Below are positions 29,397 through 39,028 of a stretch of 64,000 nucleotides of DNA, piece by piece. Numbering within the stretch: position 1 is the stretch's first letter; every line of letters begins with the position of its first letter. The stretch covers positions 186,001 to 250,000 of IMG/VR virus record IMGVR_UViG_3300032268_000986, one strand, 5' to 3'. The notes below the pieces were generated by a model. It had not been told where the DNA came from. It made no database searches and saw only the letters and a program-made list of their open reading frames with translations. Made by a program: the position numbers and the translations under genes.

Positions 29397-29954
29397 TTAC
29401 ACCTTGAAGTAAGTTACATGGGTACCGAGATTCCACTGAGCAGGATCCACCGCGGTACCATCGTGTGTTTCCAACTGAATACCCAACATAGAGTATCTTT
29501 GCCAAAACCACCAAACATCCGGGGTTTTGTTGGCCAGTCCCTGCTTGTGCAACAGGGAATGGTTCTTTTTCTTCAGCAAGCATGTGGGCGGATTCATGGC
29601 CAGTTCAACTGAGATCCTGCCCTGTATCAGCAAGGCCGCCAAGGTAGATGCCGGGATCACATGCTCAAAGTCAGTTTTGTCTGTGGGCTTGAGATCCAAT
29701 TCTCGATAGTGAGCACGAATGCGCTCTTTGATGGCATAACCATGATATCGACGCAACAAGAAATCAATTGCATCACGCAACAATCGAGCAGTCTGATCCA
29801 GGCGTTCCATCTTGCGATATGCTGCCAAACACAGTCGAAGACCACGACGCACAAACCGTTCGGTGGCCACGTATGCCGCACCATCCCGCACCACCCGACC
29901 GTAGTCGGGTGATGTGAAACCATGGACTTGTTGTTCCAGTAGTTTCAAGTCCAT
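29397..29954 (-). CDS. putative HNH-like nuclease
   Basis: DFEHVIP ... PTCLLKKKNH; start MDLKLL. Confidence 0.5.
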   Translation of the reverse strand: MDLKLLEQQVHGFTSPDYGRVVRDGAAYVATERFVRRGLRLCLAAYRKMERLDQTARLLRDAIDFLLRRYHGYAIKERIRAHYRELDLKPTDKTDFEHVIPASTLAALLIQGRISVELAMNPPTCLLKKKNHSLLHKQGLANKTPDVWWFWQRYSMLGIQLETHDGTAVDPAQWNLGTHVTYFKV

Positions 29955-29955
29955 G

Positions 29956-31155
29956 TTAGAACAAGTCCTTTGCATCAGGATAAAACTGCGTTTGAATGTT
30001 GAGTCGGGGCATGTGCATGGGCAGGCCTGCGGCATCCTTCCAACGCTTCTTGAGTAGGTGCCAGAAAAATGTGCCACCTTGTGTCCAGTCCTTGTTCATT
30101 CTTGGACGTTCTGGGCGCATGCTAACATCATGATTGGCATAGTAGCCTTCCCACCAGTTCAGGTAGGCAGTTTCCAACTGCGCCCAGAATGCACCAGCTT
30201 CATCAAAGTCGGCACTGAACAATTGGTGACACAGTTGTGCTAGACTGCGAACTTCGTCGTCGGTGTAGGTGACATTGTCGCCTTGAGCCATTTTAAGAAA
30301 CCCCAGGATAATGGGTGCTTCTTTTGTGTTTATGGCACGTGGTGTAAAGCCCAACACTGTCTGTGCATACACACAGAACTGTCGCACAATTTCTGGTGAC
30401 ACCTTGCGATCCACAATGTCTTGAACTCGACTTATGGCGCCGGGCTGATCAGTGTCCCCAAACTTTTTGTCAGTAAGGAACAAATCTGCGGCTTCAAGAT
30501 ATTGTTGCTTCTTTTCCACTTCCAACCACTCGGGGTAGGTGGCACCGTCAACACGAACACCATACACCTGTTGTTGGAAGATGTCAATCTTGTCAAGAAG
30601 CTTTTTGCCGCCTTCGGTGTTGCTCTCAATGAAGTTGTTGCGAATTTCGGCCTTGGTCTTGACGTCGTATACCACTACAGGGATATCTACGTCCCGGGGA
30701 TCCAGGCCCAGGATAAACACAGCAATCACGTAAAATGCCACCGCAGTGTGTTGTCCATCCCAGCTGGCATACAGGCCTTTGCCCAGGTACACCAACTCAG
30801 TATCCGCATCGGGTGCCACAGTGTACACCTGCACTGGCATGGCCTGCCAGCTACGCCACTTCTCAATGATCTCCAGGACCCAGGAGATGTTGAGTTGACG
30901 TTGCATTGTGGTGTCAATGATGATGTCACTGAGTCGAACCGTTTCGGCTCGACAGATGGGCATGTCTGAAAATAGTTTGACGTTGGGATGTCGCACAATC
31001 CAACCTTGAATGTTTCGCTTGAGCGTGGAGCGAATGGTGGCCTGTGTGTTGAGGGGATACAGACTCATGGTCTGGTTCCAGCGTTCCTTGAGGTCCACAA
31101 AGTGGCTCTGGGTGCTATGATATTTTGCGTTGACTTGGCTTGCATACGTTGCCAT
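29956..31155 (-). CDS. ParB/Srx-fold (DGQH) domain protein
   Basis: IDTTMQRQL ... WDGQHT ... R.NF. Confidence 0.65.
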   Translation of the reverse strand: MATYASQVNAKYHSTQSHFVDLKERWNQTMSLYPLNTQATIRSTLKRNIQGWIVRHPNVKLFSDMPICRAETVRLSDIIIDTTMQRQLNISWVLEIIEKWRSWQAMPVQVYTVAPDADTELVYLGKGLYASWDGQHTAVAFYVIAVFILGLDPRDVDIPVVVYDVKTKAEIRNNFIESNTEGGKKLLDKIDIFQQQVYGVRVDGATYPEWLEVEKKQQYLEAADLFLTDKKFGDTDQPGAISRVQDIVDRKVSPEIVRQFCVYAQTVLGFTPRAINTKEAPIILGFLKMAQGDNVTYTDDEVRSLAQLCHQLFSADFDEAGAFWAQLETAYLNWWEGYYANHDVSMRPERPRMNKDWTQGGTFFWHLLKKRWKDAAGLPMHMPRLNIQTQFYPDAKDLF

Positions 31156-31235
31156 GGTACTTCCTTTAGATTGTGAGTTGCAACAATTTTACCTTTGTTG
31201 CCTACTGTTTTGTACTGACACTATTGTCAGCACAG

Positions 31236-31269
31236 TTTCTAGTATAACACTAGAAATCTTTTATGTCAA
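31236..31269 (-). promoter_or_regulatory. sigma70 promoter with overlapping palindrome
   Basis: TTGACA-17-TATACT; TTTCTAGT-N5-ACTAGAAA spans the -10 box. Confidence 0.7.
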
Positions 31270-32004
31270 GACCCTGACTGCCACTTGTTGATGGCGCCCC
31301 ACTCGACCAATGTATTCATAACTGCGACCATACGCAGCCACATGCTCAATCCAGGCGCGGTATTCATCCATGTACCAGCCCGGATAGTTGAGATACTCAT
31401 CAAACACAATCACTGTGCCGGGCACAATGTTGTCTTTCAAACTGTTTAATATGGTAACTGTGCTGGAATACAAATCACAGTCAATGTGCAACAATGCAAT
31501 GGGTCTAGTCAATTGTATTTTGGTCTTGAAACCTGGCAGTGTTTGATCAAACCAACCAACATGTAATTCACAGTTGCCACGAACTCGAGGCAGTGAACTT
31601 CTTGCAAAGAAGCCCTTGCGCATGCGACTGGTCCAGTCTTCGGGCAAGCCCACAAATCCATCAAATCCATGCACAGGTTTGTCAGGCAACCAGTGTGCAA
31701 ATTGATTCAGTGTGCGGCCTGTGGCCACACCAAACTCCAGCACAGTACCTCTAGACAACAGGTCAGGGTCAAGTTGTGTGTTTGCAATCCACTCATGAAG
31801 GTCATAGTCGGTATTAAAGTTGGGCACAGCTCGCATGTGTTCTAGCACATAGCGGGCCGACTCTTCAGACGCCAAGCGATTGGCTGTGAAGTCTGTGTCT
31901 ATCACATCAGTGTGCAGGCCCAACAGTTGTTGTTGTGCTCGCGTGGGCTGTGGGTATCTCCACCACTCGCCCAGCCTATCTCGAATTCTGTGTAAGTTTA
32001 TCAT
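31261..32004 (-). CDS. TylF/class I SAM methyltransferase
   Basis: LEFGVATG, GFDGFVGLP, GWFDQTL, LLHIDCDLYSS, IVFDE. Confidence 0.88.
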   Translation of the reverse strand: MINLHRIRDRLGEWWRYPQPTRAQQQLLGLHTDVIDTDFTANRLASEESARYVLEHMRAVPNFNTDYDLHEWIANTQLDPDLLSRGTVLEFGVATGRTLNQFAHWLPDKPVHGFDGFVGLPEDWTSRMRKGFFARSSLPRVRGNCELHVGWFDQTLPGFKTKIQLTRPIALLHIDCDLYSSTVTILNSLKDNIVPGTVIVFDEYLNYPGWYMDEYRAWIEHVAAYGRSYEYIGRVGRHQQVAVRVLT

Positions 32005-32333
32005 GTGATTAATATTTCATCTCTATTTGCACGGTCACTGTATATGCGTTGACCCAATCGGCGTATGGTGTCAGCAGACACTTGTGGGTTGGCTTCAAAC
32101 ATGTCTCGTATGTCATCCACAGTGATACCATCAGTGGCGCTGACAACATAGATCTCATAGTGCCGTTGCATATTATAACGTGCGCGAAGCATGAGATGGT
32201 GTAGATTGGGAATAGTGTATTTTAGTTCTTCGCCCTTGAGAGCGGCCCAGGTGCGTTGCTGTTCATCCAGTGTGATGTTGCCAACGTATTCCAGTCCGGT
32301 GTTGTCCCAGACCACAATGAACTGGTGATTCAC
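32001..32333 (-). CDS. hypothetical protein
   Basis: GTG start coupled to the upstream stop; WDNTGLE, LRARYN.QRHYEIY. Confidence 0.7.
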   Translation of the reverse strand: MNHQFIVVWDNTGLEYVGNITLDEQQRTWAALKGEELKYTIPNLHHLMLRARYNMQRHYEIYVVSATDGITVDDIRDMFEANPQVSADTIRRLGQRIYSDRANRDEILIT

Positions 32334-32569
32334 AGCATGAACCTCTTGAGATAATCTCGAGCCTGGCTGCATTCTTCCAGTTGCTTGAACTGTTCTCGCT
32401 CGATCACTTCCATGATCACCAGTTGTTGCAGATCATCGGCTGTTTTTTGTTCTTCAGCATCCAACAGCTCGTACCACTCTAGGTATTCCTCAGCGGAATC
32501 AATGGTCCACATAGCATCCAGCATGTCTACCTGATGGGACGTCAGATTGGTCAGGGTAATTTTGTCCAT
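32330..32569 (-). CDS. hypothetical protein
   Basis: AAGGAG RBS; promoter TTGACA-17-TACAAT at 32589-32617. Confidence 0.7.
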   Translation of the reverse strand: MDKITLTNLTSHQVDMLDAMWTIDSAEEYLEWYELLDAEEQKTADDLQQLVIMEVIEREQFKQLEECSQARDYLKRFML

Positions 32570-32637
32570 GTTTGCTCTCCTTTGTGTTATTGTACAAGAT
32601 CTGCAATTTTGTGTCAAGTACTAATAAAGTACTAAGA

Positions 32638-32868
32638 TTATTTCCAGCACAGCGTGAACGCAAAGTAGTCGCGCTCGTTGTCAAAGTAAAAGTGGTATCT
32701 TCCCGGACCAATGGCAGTGCTGACGTCAATGAGTTCCCAACGCCATTCGTCACGGAGTTCGTGCTTGCACCATGCCAAGATGTGATCAAGTTTGCCAGAT
32801 GGTTTGGAGATCTCACAACTGAATCGAAATGAGTCTTTGGTGCGGTAATCGGCAACTTGCATCACCAT
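32638..32868 (-). CDS. small phage protein (F-x-F-D...F-x-L-x-W family)
   Basis: WC...W...YHFYFDNERDYFAFTLCW. Confidence 0.65.
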   Translation of the reverse strand: MVMQVADYRTKDSFRFSCEISKPSGKLDHILAWCKHELRDEWRWELIDVSTAIGPGRYHFYFDNERDYFAFTLCWK

Positions 32869-32875
32869 GTAATTA

Positions 32876-33115
32876 TCACTGTGCCCATTTCAGCTGATAA
32901 AAGGTTGCCAGAGCAGGATCACGGAAATAGAAGTTCACATGTCTGGGCGTTGTAAGGCCCGAAAATCCATCATCCTGGTAAGGCATAAACTGCCAGGCAA
33001 AATCAACTCCCATGACCAAGCCCGATTGTTCCAGGCCTTGTTTGAGATCAATGGCCTGTGATGGACCTACGTCTGCCAGTGTTACACAGGTATTCTTTTC
33101 GTATGATTCGATCAC
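32876..33115 (-). CDS. small phage protein (same C-terminal family)
   Basis: VNFYFRDPALATFYQLKW. Confidence 0.65.
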   Translation of the reverse strand: MIESYEKNTCVTLADVGPSQAIDLKQGLEQSGLVMGVDFAWQFMPYQDDGFSGLTTPRHVNFYFRDPALATFYQLKWAQ

Positions 33116-33329
33116 AAATTTTTGGATCCCGGGTAAATTTCAATCTAAGGTCTCGAACAGCAAAGTGGTTGCAAAAACTTTCACCGTATGGGATGCCTTT
33201 GAGAGCGTCCCAGGTGGCAATCTTTTGCCACTTTGCCAATTTGGGTGCAGTTACTTCAAGTGGTTCAGTGTCTTGAGTTTCCAATAGTTGGGAAAACATG
33301 TTATCAAACAAACAGATTGGCCTTTTCAT
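33048..33329 (-). CDS. hypothetical protein
   Basis: YGESFCNHF motif; ATGA coupling. Confidence 0.55.
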   Translation of the reverse strand: MKRPICLFDNMFSQLLETQDTEPLEVTAPKLAKWQKIATWDALKGIPYGESFCNHFAVRDLRLKFTRDPKICDRIIRKEYLCNTGRRRSITGH

Positions 33330-34048
33330 TGAGACAGTCGCAACCGAGTTATGGACCAAAAGCCACGATTGCGATGATAACCCCGGTGTGGTTTGGGGTA
33401 GAGTAAAGCAGTCAACTGTGTTGGCCGTGCCAGCACACTTTCAAGCAGTGACGCCATGTTATTTTTTGTGTCAACTGCTATCATGAATGGCGCAGAATCA
33501 AAATCTGATGCCAACCAGTAGTGGTGGTACTCACAGGCTCGACGACTGTACAACACCTGCTGTAACAACCTGAACTGTGTGGTTATTTCCAGTGGTGTAG
33601 TAAGACCATGAATCTTGGACACCATGTTGCTGTCATCGGTCACAGCAATGACTTCATCTACCGCAGTGTCTTCTGCATAAAAGTATGGCAAGCGATACAG
33701 TATGCCCAGTTCATCCTTGGTAATGTCAAGATTACCAGTGACCAAGGCATGTAGCTTCTTTCGAAACTGGCTGACCGTGTTCTGTCCTTTGAGAGCTGAC
33801 CAAGTCAGTCTACCTCGATAGTATGAACGAATATCATTGGCTTGCACACGATCATCTGCGGTTGGTTTCATTTGCTCAAGTTCAAGCCAACGAGCTCCGG
33901 ATTCTTTCCACAAGCGATAACTTGCACAGGACATGGCAATGGGATCGTCGGTCAGAGCCACTTGTTTTTTGACAGCTTGATTCCTGTCCCAGGTAACCCA
34001 GGGTTCTTCATCTTCAATCAAGTTAACACCTCTCAGCATGGTTCTCAT
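33326..34048 (-). CDS. hypothetical protein
   Basis: long ORF with GILYRLPYFY.ED; start trimmed to MRTML. Confidence 0.65.
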   Translation of the reverse strand: MRTMLRGVNLIEDEEPWVTWDRNQAVKKQVALTDDPIAMSCASYRLWKESGARWLELEQMKPTADDRVQANDIRSYYRGRLTWSALKGQNTVSQFRKKLHALVTGNLDITKDELGILYRLPYFYAEDTAVDEVIAVTDDSNMVSKIHGLTTPLEITTQFRLLQQVLYSRRACEYHHYWLASDFDSAPFMIAVDTKNNMASLLESVLARPTQLTALLYPKPHRGYHRNRGFWSITRLRLSQ

Positions 34049-34049
34049 G

Positions 34050-34766
34050 TCAGTCCCACAATCCCTGGTAGTACTTGCCAAACAGTCTAAAGCCGTTTTG
34101 AACACGAGCTTCCACCACTTTCATGCCATCGTAATCGCACTGGTAAGTGTCGTTGGGACCACGCCGCATCTCGGTGAACTTGTGATCACCTTTGGCAACT
34201 TCGTTACCGTCTGCATCCACAGGAACCCACAAGATATCATGCTCACCGGAACGAAAAGCATCTTGCCAGGAATCATCCACTTTGCACTCAAATGCAAAGA
34301 TCATTTCGTTCATGGCCCAGTCCCAACGTGCAAAGTGATTGGCATCTGTGTCCCACTCGTTTTCTTTGGCCGGTGCGGCTGTGCTACGCAGGTGTTCGGG
34401 CACATCCTCGTCGTCTACAAAGGGTGCGCCGTGCTTGGTTGCTTTGAGCTGTTTCAGCATGGGCAACACAATGTGAGCCAGGGTATGATCCATGCTCCAG
34501 GTATCCCAGCGATCAATTTTCACATACTCAATTTTTGGATGCACAAGATCCCATGCCCATTGAATAGCTTTGCTGACTGGCACCAATCGATCACTCCACC
34601 GTTCTACCCACTCTGGTCGGTCAATGTATTTGCGATCTCGATCCAGTGCCGAAGCAAGACTGTTGTCTCTGTTGCACTTTGACCAGTCAGTCCAGAAGAA
34701 TGCATAGTCCAACATGGTGTAGGGACTAATCCAGTGATCACGATAGTTGCTGAGATATATTTTCAT
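34050..34766 (-). CDS. conserved phage protein
   Basis: IDRWDTWSMDHTLA...HGAP.VDDEDVP...GFRLFGKYY..LWD. Confidence 0.8.
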   Translation of the reverse strand: MKIYLSNYRDHWISPYTMLDYAFFWTDWSKCNRDNSLASALDRDRKYIDRPEWVERWSDRLVPVSKAIQWAWDLVHPKIEYVKIDRWDTWSMDHTLAHIVLPMLKQLKATKHGAPFVDDEDVPEHLRSTAAPAKENEWDTDANHFARWDWAMNEMIFAFECKVDDSWQDAFRSGEHDILWVPVDADGNEVAKGDHKFTEMRRGPNDTYQCDYDGMKVVEARVQNGFRLFGKYYQGLWD

Positions 34767-34954
34767 TACCAATTTCCTACGTCAGTTATGTCTTCCACAA
34801 GATCATCATGTCCGTGATACACAGCACGATGATTGGCACCAATGCCAGATACATACTTCTCTTCTATTGTAACACAATCTATGTTTTCCTGCAAGGCCAA
34901 AAACACCGCAAGACGCTCGATTTGATGTCGAGTCAGTGTTATTTTACTTGACAA
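34766..34954 (-). CDS. hypothetical protein
   Basis: 62 aa, SGIG...DITDVGNW. Confidence 0.6.
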   Translation of the reverse strand: MSSKITLTRHQIERLAVFLALQENIDCVTIEEKYVSGIGANHRAVYHGHDDLVEDITDVGNW

Positions 34955-35207
34955 TGGTCATGCTCTCTGAAGTGTAGTCCAGGAAGTCGCCGGCAGCATT
35001 TCGAATCAACGCAGCCGAAGGATCAATTATGACAACTTCACAGTCATGATTGGTGATTTCATAATCAACAAATGCATGCGTTTCATCCCCAGTGGCATAG
35101 ACTCTAAACCAAATTTGATTTTCAAATCCGCGGATCAGGAATCCACGTTCACCAATAGCCCTGGTCTCACTTGGCTCGATTAAATCTCCACTGTTTTCAA
35201 TTTCCAT
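34944..35207 (-). CDS. hypothetical protein
   Basis: 87 aa in an operon. Confidence 0.55.
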   Translation of the reverse strand: MEIENSGDLIEPSETRAIGERGFLIRGFENQIWFRVYATGDETHAFVDYEITNHDCEVVIIDPSAALIRNAAGDFLDYTSESMTIVK

Positions 35208-36103
35208 TCGCTGGCCTTTGGTTCATAGTTGATATATCCGCGTGGGTTGCACACTACACGAGTTTCGCCAATCATGTAGTCAAAGTCATCATGAGTGTGA
35301 CCGTGTGTCCACAATCGAATTTGTGGATGGTCAACAATAAAATCATCCATGTTTGAACTGTAACCACCATTCATAATAGTGTCATGTGCATAGCGAGGAT
35401 GTGTGCTCTTACGGCTGGGCGCATGATGCCCCACCACCACAAACTTGTGATCAAATCGTCCTTCAACGATCTGTTGTATATAACCTCGAGTCAGTGCATG
35501 TTCCTCGGCTGCATCTTCGGGCGAGAAACGACCCGGTTCTTGTTTCTTCTTTGTGGCAATCTGTGACTTGTTGCCCTGCTCGTCTTCCACATACTGCCCT
35601 TGCTCGTCCTTTTGGTACAGCGGCACAGTGCGGTACACTGGCCGCAGACTGTTTTTCACACAGATAAAATCGTTCATCATCTTGCGCATGTGAAACAAAG
35701 TAAGAGCATCACCATTGTTCATGTCAGTCCACAAGGTGCCACCAATGAAAGTAACATCGTCAATGACCTTGATCTCGCGTTCCAGCACATGGAGGTTCTT
35801 GATGTAGGCCAACTTGGCCTTGATGTCCGACACCGTGGTACCAACGTCACCGTGATAGTGTTCATGGTTGCCTGCCACATAGATCACATGTGGAAAACGT
35901 TCTGCACAACGCCTAAAGAATTCATGGAACATTTCCGAGCGCCAACGTGCAAACCCCATTTCGGTTTGACGACGATCCCACATGTCCAAGTCAGCGGCCA
36001 CACAGATATCACCTGACAGAATCAAAACATCAGCGTTCTGATCGTTTTGTATGTCTAGGTCACCAAACTCTAGGTGTACATCTGATGTCACAGCAATTTT
36101 CAT
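35180..36103 (-). CDS. calcineurin-like metallophosphoesterase
   Basis: SDVHLE, GD, GNHE, HHAP, HGHTH, NPRGY. Confidence 0.9.
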   Translation of the reverse strand: MKIAVTSDVHLEFGDLDIQNDQNADVLILSGDICVAADLDMWDRRQTEMGFARWRSEMFHEFFRRCAERFPHVIYVAGNHEHYHGDVGTTVSDIKAKLAYIKNLHVLEREIKVIDDVTFIGGTLWTDMNNGDALTLFHMRKMMNDFICVKNSLRPVYRTVPLYQKDEQGQYVEDEQGNKSQIATKKKQEPGRFSPEDAAEEHALTRGYIQQIVEGRFDHKFVVVGHHAPSRKSTHPRYAHDTIMNGGYSSNMDDFIVDHPQIRLWTHGHTHDDFDYMIGETRVVCNPRGYINYEPKASEWKLKTVEI

Positions 36104-36453
36104 ATTTTTACCTTTTTTCTAGACAACTGCACACGCAGGGTTTCTACAGCCTGGGTATCACCGTTGTATATGGAAGCACTTTTGTCAGGATACCGAGCCT
36201 GGAAATGCTGTACAATCTCATCAAGGTCACTGCCTTGACAGACAAATTCCTTGTTGATTGAATTATAACACAAATAGGTATTGCCAGCAACCTCAACCGT
36301 GAGTGGAATTAGGTCACCTCTTTCCAGTTCGCTGGCTATTTTGGCAGTGTCATGAGTCTGGGTCTCTAGGCCTAACCAACCAACAATGAACCGAGCCAAC
36401 CAAAACGTCAGCACCGATATCAAGAACAGATCCAACAATTGAAACCAATCCAT
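36100..36453 (-). CDS. membrane-anchored hypothetical protein
   Basis: N-terminal TM; F.CQG...E...F..RYP. Confidence 0.65.
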   Translation of the reverse strand: MDWFQLLDLFLISVLTFWLARFIVGWLGLETQTHDTAKIASELERGDLIPLTVEVAGNTYLCYNSINKEFVCQGSDLDEIVQHFQARYPDKSASIYNGDTQAVETLRVQLSRKKVKI

Positions 36454-36454
36454 G

Positions 36455-36760
36455 TCAGCCTCGCATGCTTTCCAAGGTGATCATCTTGCCCAGTTCTCTT
36501 TCAAAATCTAATTCGTCGGGAATGATGTATAGCTTGTGACTGTTGCGATCTGTTTTGTGATCATAGTGTCGAAATGTCACAATTTTACCACCAATGGCTC
36601 GTCGAACAGTGATATTTAATCCGTTTTCACCGTCAACATCGTCACTGGCTCGAATCAGTCGAGACGCTTTGGTCTGCACAACTTCGTTTCTACTGTCACG
36701 GAGCTCGCGATTGAAATCCCAGCCCCACTTCATCATCATTGACCATAACCATCTAATCAT
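36455..36760 (-). CDS. hypothetical protein
   Basis: start MIRWLW; A.GG.IV...YD...D...LYII. Confidence 0.65.
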   Translation of the reverse strand: MIRWLWSMMMKWGWDFNRELRDSRNEVVQTKASRLIRASDDVDGENGLNITVRRAIGGKIVTFRHYDHKTDRNSHKLYIIPDELDFERELGKMITLESMRG

Positions 36761-37212
36761 ACATCGGCCTTTCTGTTTATCAAATACTGTTCCCACTGCA
36801 CCCACTGATTCCGCACCAGGAAACCCCAGTCTCGGCACTTGCGCCCGGGCATGAACAAGGTCCAACAAGTCACTTCAGGATCCAATTCAATGCGATGATA
36901 GGTGTTGGCACTGGCCCAGCGAACACTACCGGCACCGCACCATCGGGCAATCTCACCTGTCTTTTGGCCTGCACTGTCAAACTGTGGGCGCCACTCGTAG
37001 TAACCGCCCCGAAGGATTATGGTAAGAAAGGGCCAGGGATGATCATGCACATCATCGGGATCACTCTTGAGAAACTTGTGCAAGAACACATTGAATGGAA
37101 AACGTTCACGATCCTTTAGAAAAAGATAATATCTTTCCAGGTATGGCTCATTGTCCACTCGGTCATACACAATGCGTTTGCGGCCCAGGCGTTCTAGAAT
37201 TTTAAGTAGCAT
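36757..37212 (-). CDS. cupin-fold protein
   Basis: HDHPW...ILRGGYYE...HRIEL...WTLF. Confidence 0.7.
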   Translation of the reverse strand: MLLKILERLGRKRIVYDRVDNEPYLERYYLFLKDRERFPFNVFLHKFLKSDPDDVHDHPWPFLTIILRGGYYEWRPQFDSAGQKTGEIARWCGAGSVRWASANTYHRIELDPEVTCWTLFMPGRKCRDWGFLVRNQWVQWEQYLINRKADV

Positions 37213-37232
37213 GTGGTTTCCTTTGTGTGACA

Positions 37233-37290
37233 ATTATACATGGCGTAGTCATTTATGTCAAGAAAAAGCCGGCATTGCACCGGCTTGTGG
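37233..37290 (-). promoter_or_regulatory. terminator hairpin followed by consensus promoter
   Basis: AAGCCGG/CCGGCTT-T tract, then TTGACA-17-TATAAT (37233-37261). Confidence 0.75.
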
Positions 37291-37311
37291 TTAACACTAC
37301 CGAATGGAGTA

Positions 37312-37578
37312 TTAAGCGAGGCCCATGGCCATGGCCTTGTAACCAGCGGCAATCAATTTGCGGCTGGGTTTGCCCATGACGTATTCAGTCACTTGCACGC
37401 CATTGCCGGCTTTACGGCTGTTGGCATAAACTGCAAATCCTGCCTGACGGATACGGCTGGCTTCAGCAGAAATGTTCTTGATGCCAAAACGCTTTTCAGC
37501 GACCGAGGCAGAAACAGCTTCGCCATTGCGCAGTGCTGTGAACAGTTTGAAAGTTTTGGTGTCTTCGTTAAAACGCAT
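37312..37578 (-). CDS. winged-helix-like DNA-binding protein
   Basis: L..G...S......RFGIKN..A..SRIRQ.G..VY.N; AGGAG RBS. Confidence 0.65.
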   Translation of the reverse strand: MRFNEDTKTFKLFTALRNGEAVSASVAEKRFGIKNISAEASRIRQAGFAVYANSRKAGNGVQVTEYVMGKPSRKLIAAGYKAMAMGLA

Positions 37579-37689
37579 TTTTAAATCTCCTATAAAGATG
37601 CTGTGCGTCAGCATGTATGTATTGTAACGCAAAAGTAATGCAACATGCAACAAAATTGAACAACATTGTTTGGGCAGTTGCACCAAAAA

Positions 37690-38037
37690 TCATGCCACTT
37701 CTTTGATGTGTCGGCAGCTGCCACGGAATCGAAAGCCTGAGCATGTGCAGGAGAGATTACCATTTACCTCTGACACCTTGTATTCGTCGCCCTTGCTGCC
37801 TTTCACTGTCCAGGTACGGCCTTCTGGCACTTCAGCTTGTACCTGGGTCACAAACTGTTCAGGATTGACCATAAACTTGCGACCACGGGTGTCAATGCGA
37901 ATGGGATTGCGGAACACCTTGATGTCGCCGGTGCCCCGAGGTCGGAACGCATACATCTTGGTCTTGCCATCATCCAACAGGTAGATGCCGTTGGGGGTGG
38001 AATCTTTCCAATCAGTTGTTTCAGCAAACCATTTCAT
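37690..38037 (-). CDS. SWIM zinc-finger protein
   Basis: CTCSGFRFRGSCRH. Confidence 0.75.
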   Translation of the reverse strand: MKWFAETTDWKDSTPNGIYLLDDGKTKMYAFRPRGTGDIKVFRNPIRIDTRGRKFMVNPEQFVTQVQAEVPEGRTWTVKGSKGDEYKVSEVNGNLSCTCSGFRFRGSCRHIKEVA

Positions 38038-38573
38038 TTTAACTGCTCCAGTTTTGCAAATTCTTTTTTGGTGATTGGGAAATGGAATCGCCGAGTTTCA
38101 TTGTAGCAAAACACATAGCCTTGAACCCAATATTCGTAGTTGGCCAAATTCACAACACGGTCATCCACCAATTCCTTAGCAGCCAGCAAAGGGTATGAAT
38201 ACTCTTTGCCTAGATATGTGACCGTGATGTGGCAGGGGATATTTTCTGTATCACCATCTTGTGCATGTACAAATCCCAACGCCAACATCTCGCGCTCTTC
38301 GGAATAGGTACAGTGAGGACGGAAAACAAACAGTCGGCAAGTGAGATTATCCCGACTGTAGTAGATCCTATACCGAACTGATTCCTCACCCAAAGTGTCT
38401 GCCAGTTCCTGCAAGGTGAATGCATCTGGCCACGCTTCGTCTACACTAGTTCGAGTCTTTTCAAAGTAGAAATCCTGCATACGCTGTATGGCCGAACCTT
38501 GACCCCAGAATGCATTTTGCTTGCACCATGCAATCTTACGGTCCAGCATTTCTGTTGTAATTTCATTAGCCAT
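38034..38573 (-). CDS. hypothetical protein
   Basis: 179 aa ORF. Confidence 0.6.
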   Translation of the reverse strand: MANEITTEMLDRKIAWCKQNAFWGQGSAIQRMQDFYFEKTRTSVDEAWPDAFTLQELADTLGEESVRYRIYYSRDNLTCRLFVFRPHCTYSEEREMLALGFVHAQDGDTENIPCHITVTYLGKEYSYPLLAAKELVDDRVVNLANYEYWVQGYVFCYNETRRFHFPITKKEFAKLEQLK

Positions 38574-38576
38574 TGT

Positions 38577-38768
38577 TCAACTTTCTACGTCTATGTGACG
38601 TCCTTTGTCTAGGCCCAAACGAATATTCCGTGCAACACGTTCTGCAATGATTCTATCAAAGTTGCGTTTTTCAACTATCTTGCGATAGTCTTCATCGCGC
38701 CGGTCTTGCAGTTGAATCCGTTCTTGTCGATCCAAACGTAAGTTATAGTCAACTCTTGAAACGTTCAT
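38577..38768 (-). CDS. small protein with C-terminal KGRHIDV motif
   Basis: start MNVSRV. Confidence 0.55.
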   Translation of the reverse strand: MNVSRVDYNLRLDRQERIQLQDRRDEDYRKIVEKRNFDRIIAERVARNIRLGLDKGRHIDVES

Positions 38769-38881
38769 TTTGACATGATCCTTGCTAGTACTTCGCGGAC
38801 CCGGGAGAGATCTCGAATGGGAAACTCTAAGGGTTCCCACATGGTATAAGGCTGGGTCCAGCGGATGGTGTAAAGAGTCAT
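38765..38881 (-). CDS. small protein (38 aa, absent from the ORF track)
   Basis: MTLYTIRWTQPYTMWEPLEFPIRDLSRVREVLARIMSK; fills the gap with ATGA coupling. Confidence 0.5.
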   Translation of the reverse strand: MTLYTIRWTQPYTMWEPLEFPIRDLSRVREVLARIMSK

Positions 38882-38884
38882 TAC

Positions 38885-39028
38885 TTAGAGTCCGGTGTGG
38901 AAAGGGTTGCGTTTGCGAAGATGGGCCAGTGCGGCTTCTTTGGTTTCAAATCTACCACTGATGGGTGTTTGATGTGCGCCGCGCACAATGAACCAACCTG
39001 ACAATAAACTGTTATAAACGACTTTCAT
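38885..39028 (-). CDS. small hypothetical protein
   Basis: MKVVYNSLLSGWFIVRG.HQTP. Confidence 0.6.
   Translation of the reverse strand: MKVVYNSLLSGWFIVRGAHQTPISGRFETKEAALAHLRKRNPFHTGL

Noticed and set aside
38769-38884. Possible ncRNA with a GGGAA/TTCCC hairpin
   Set aside because: Better explained by a 38-aa ORF coupled to both neighbours.
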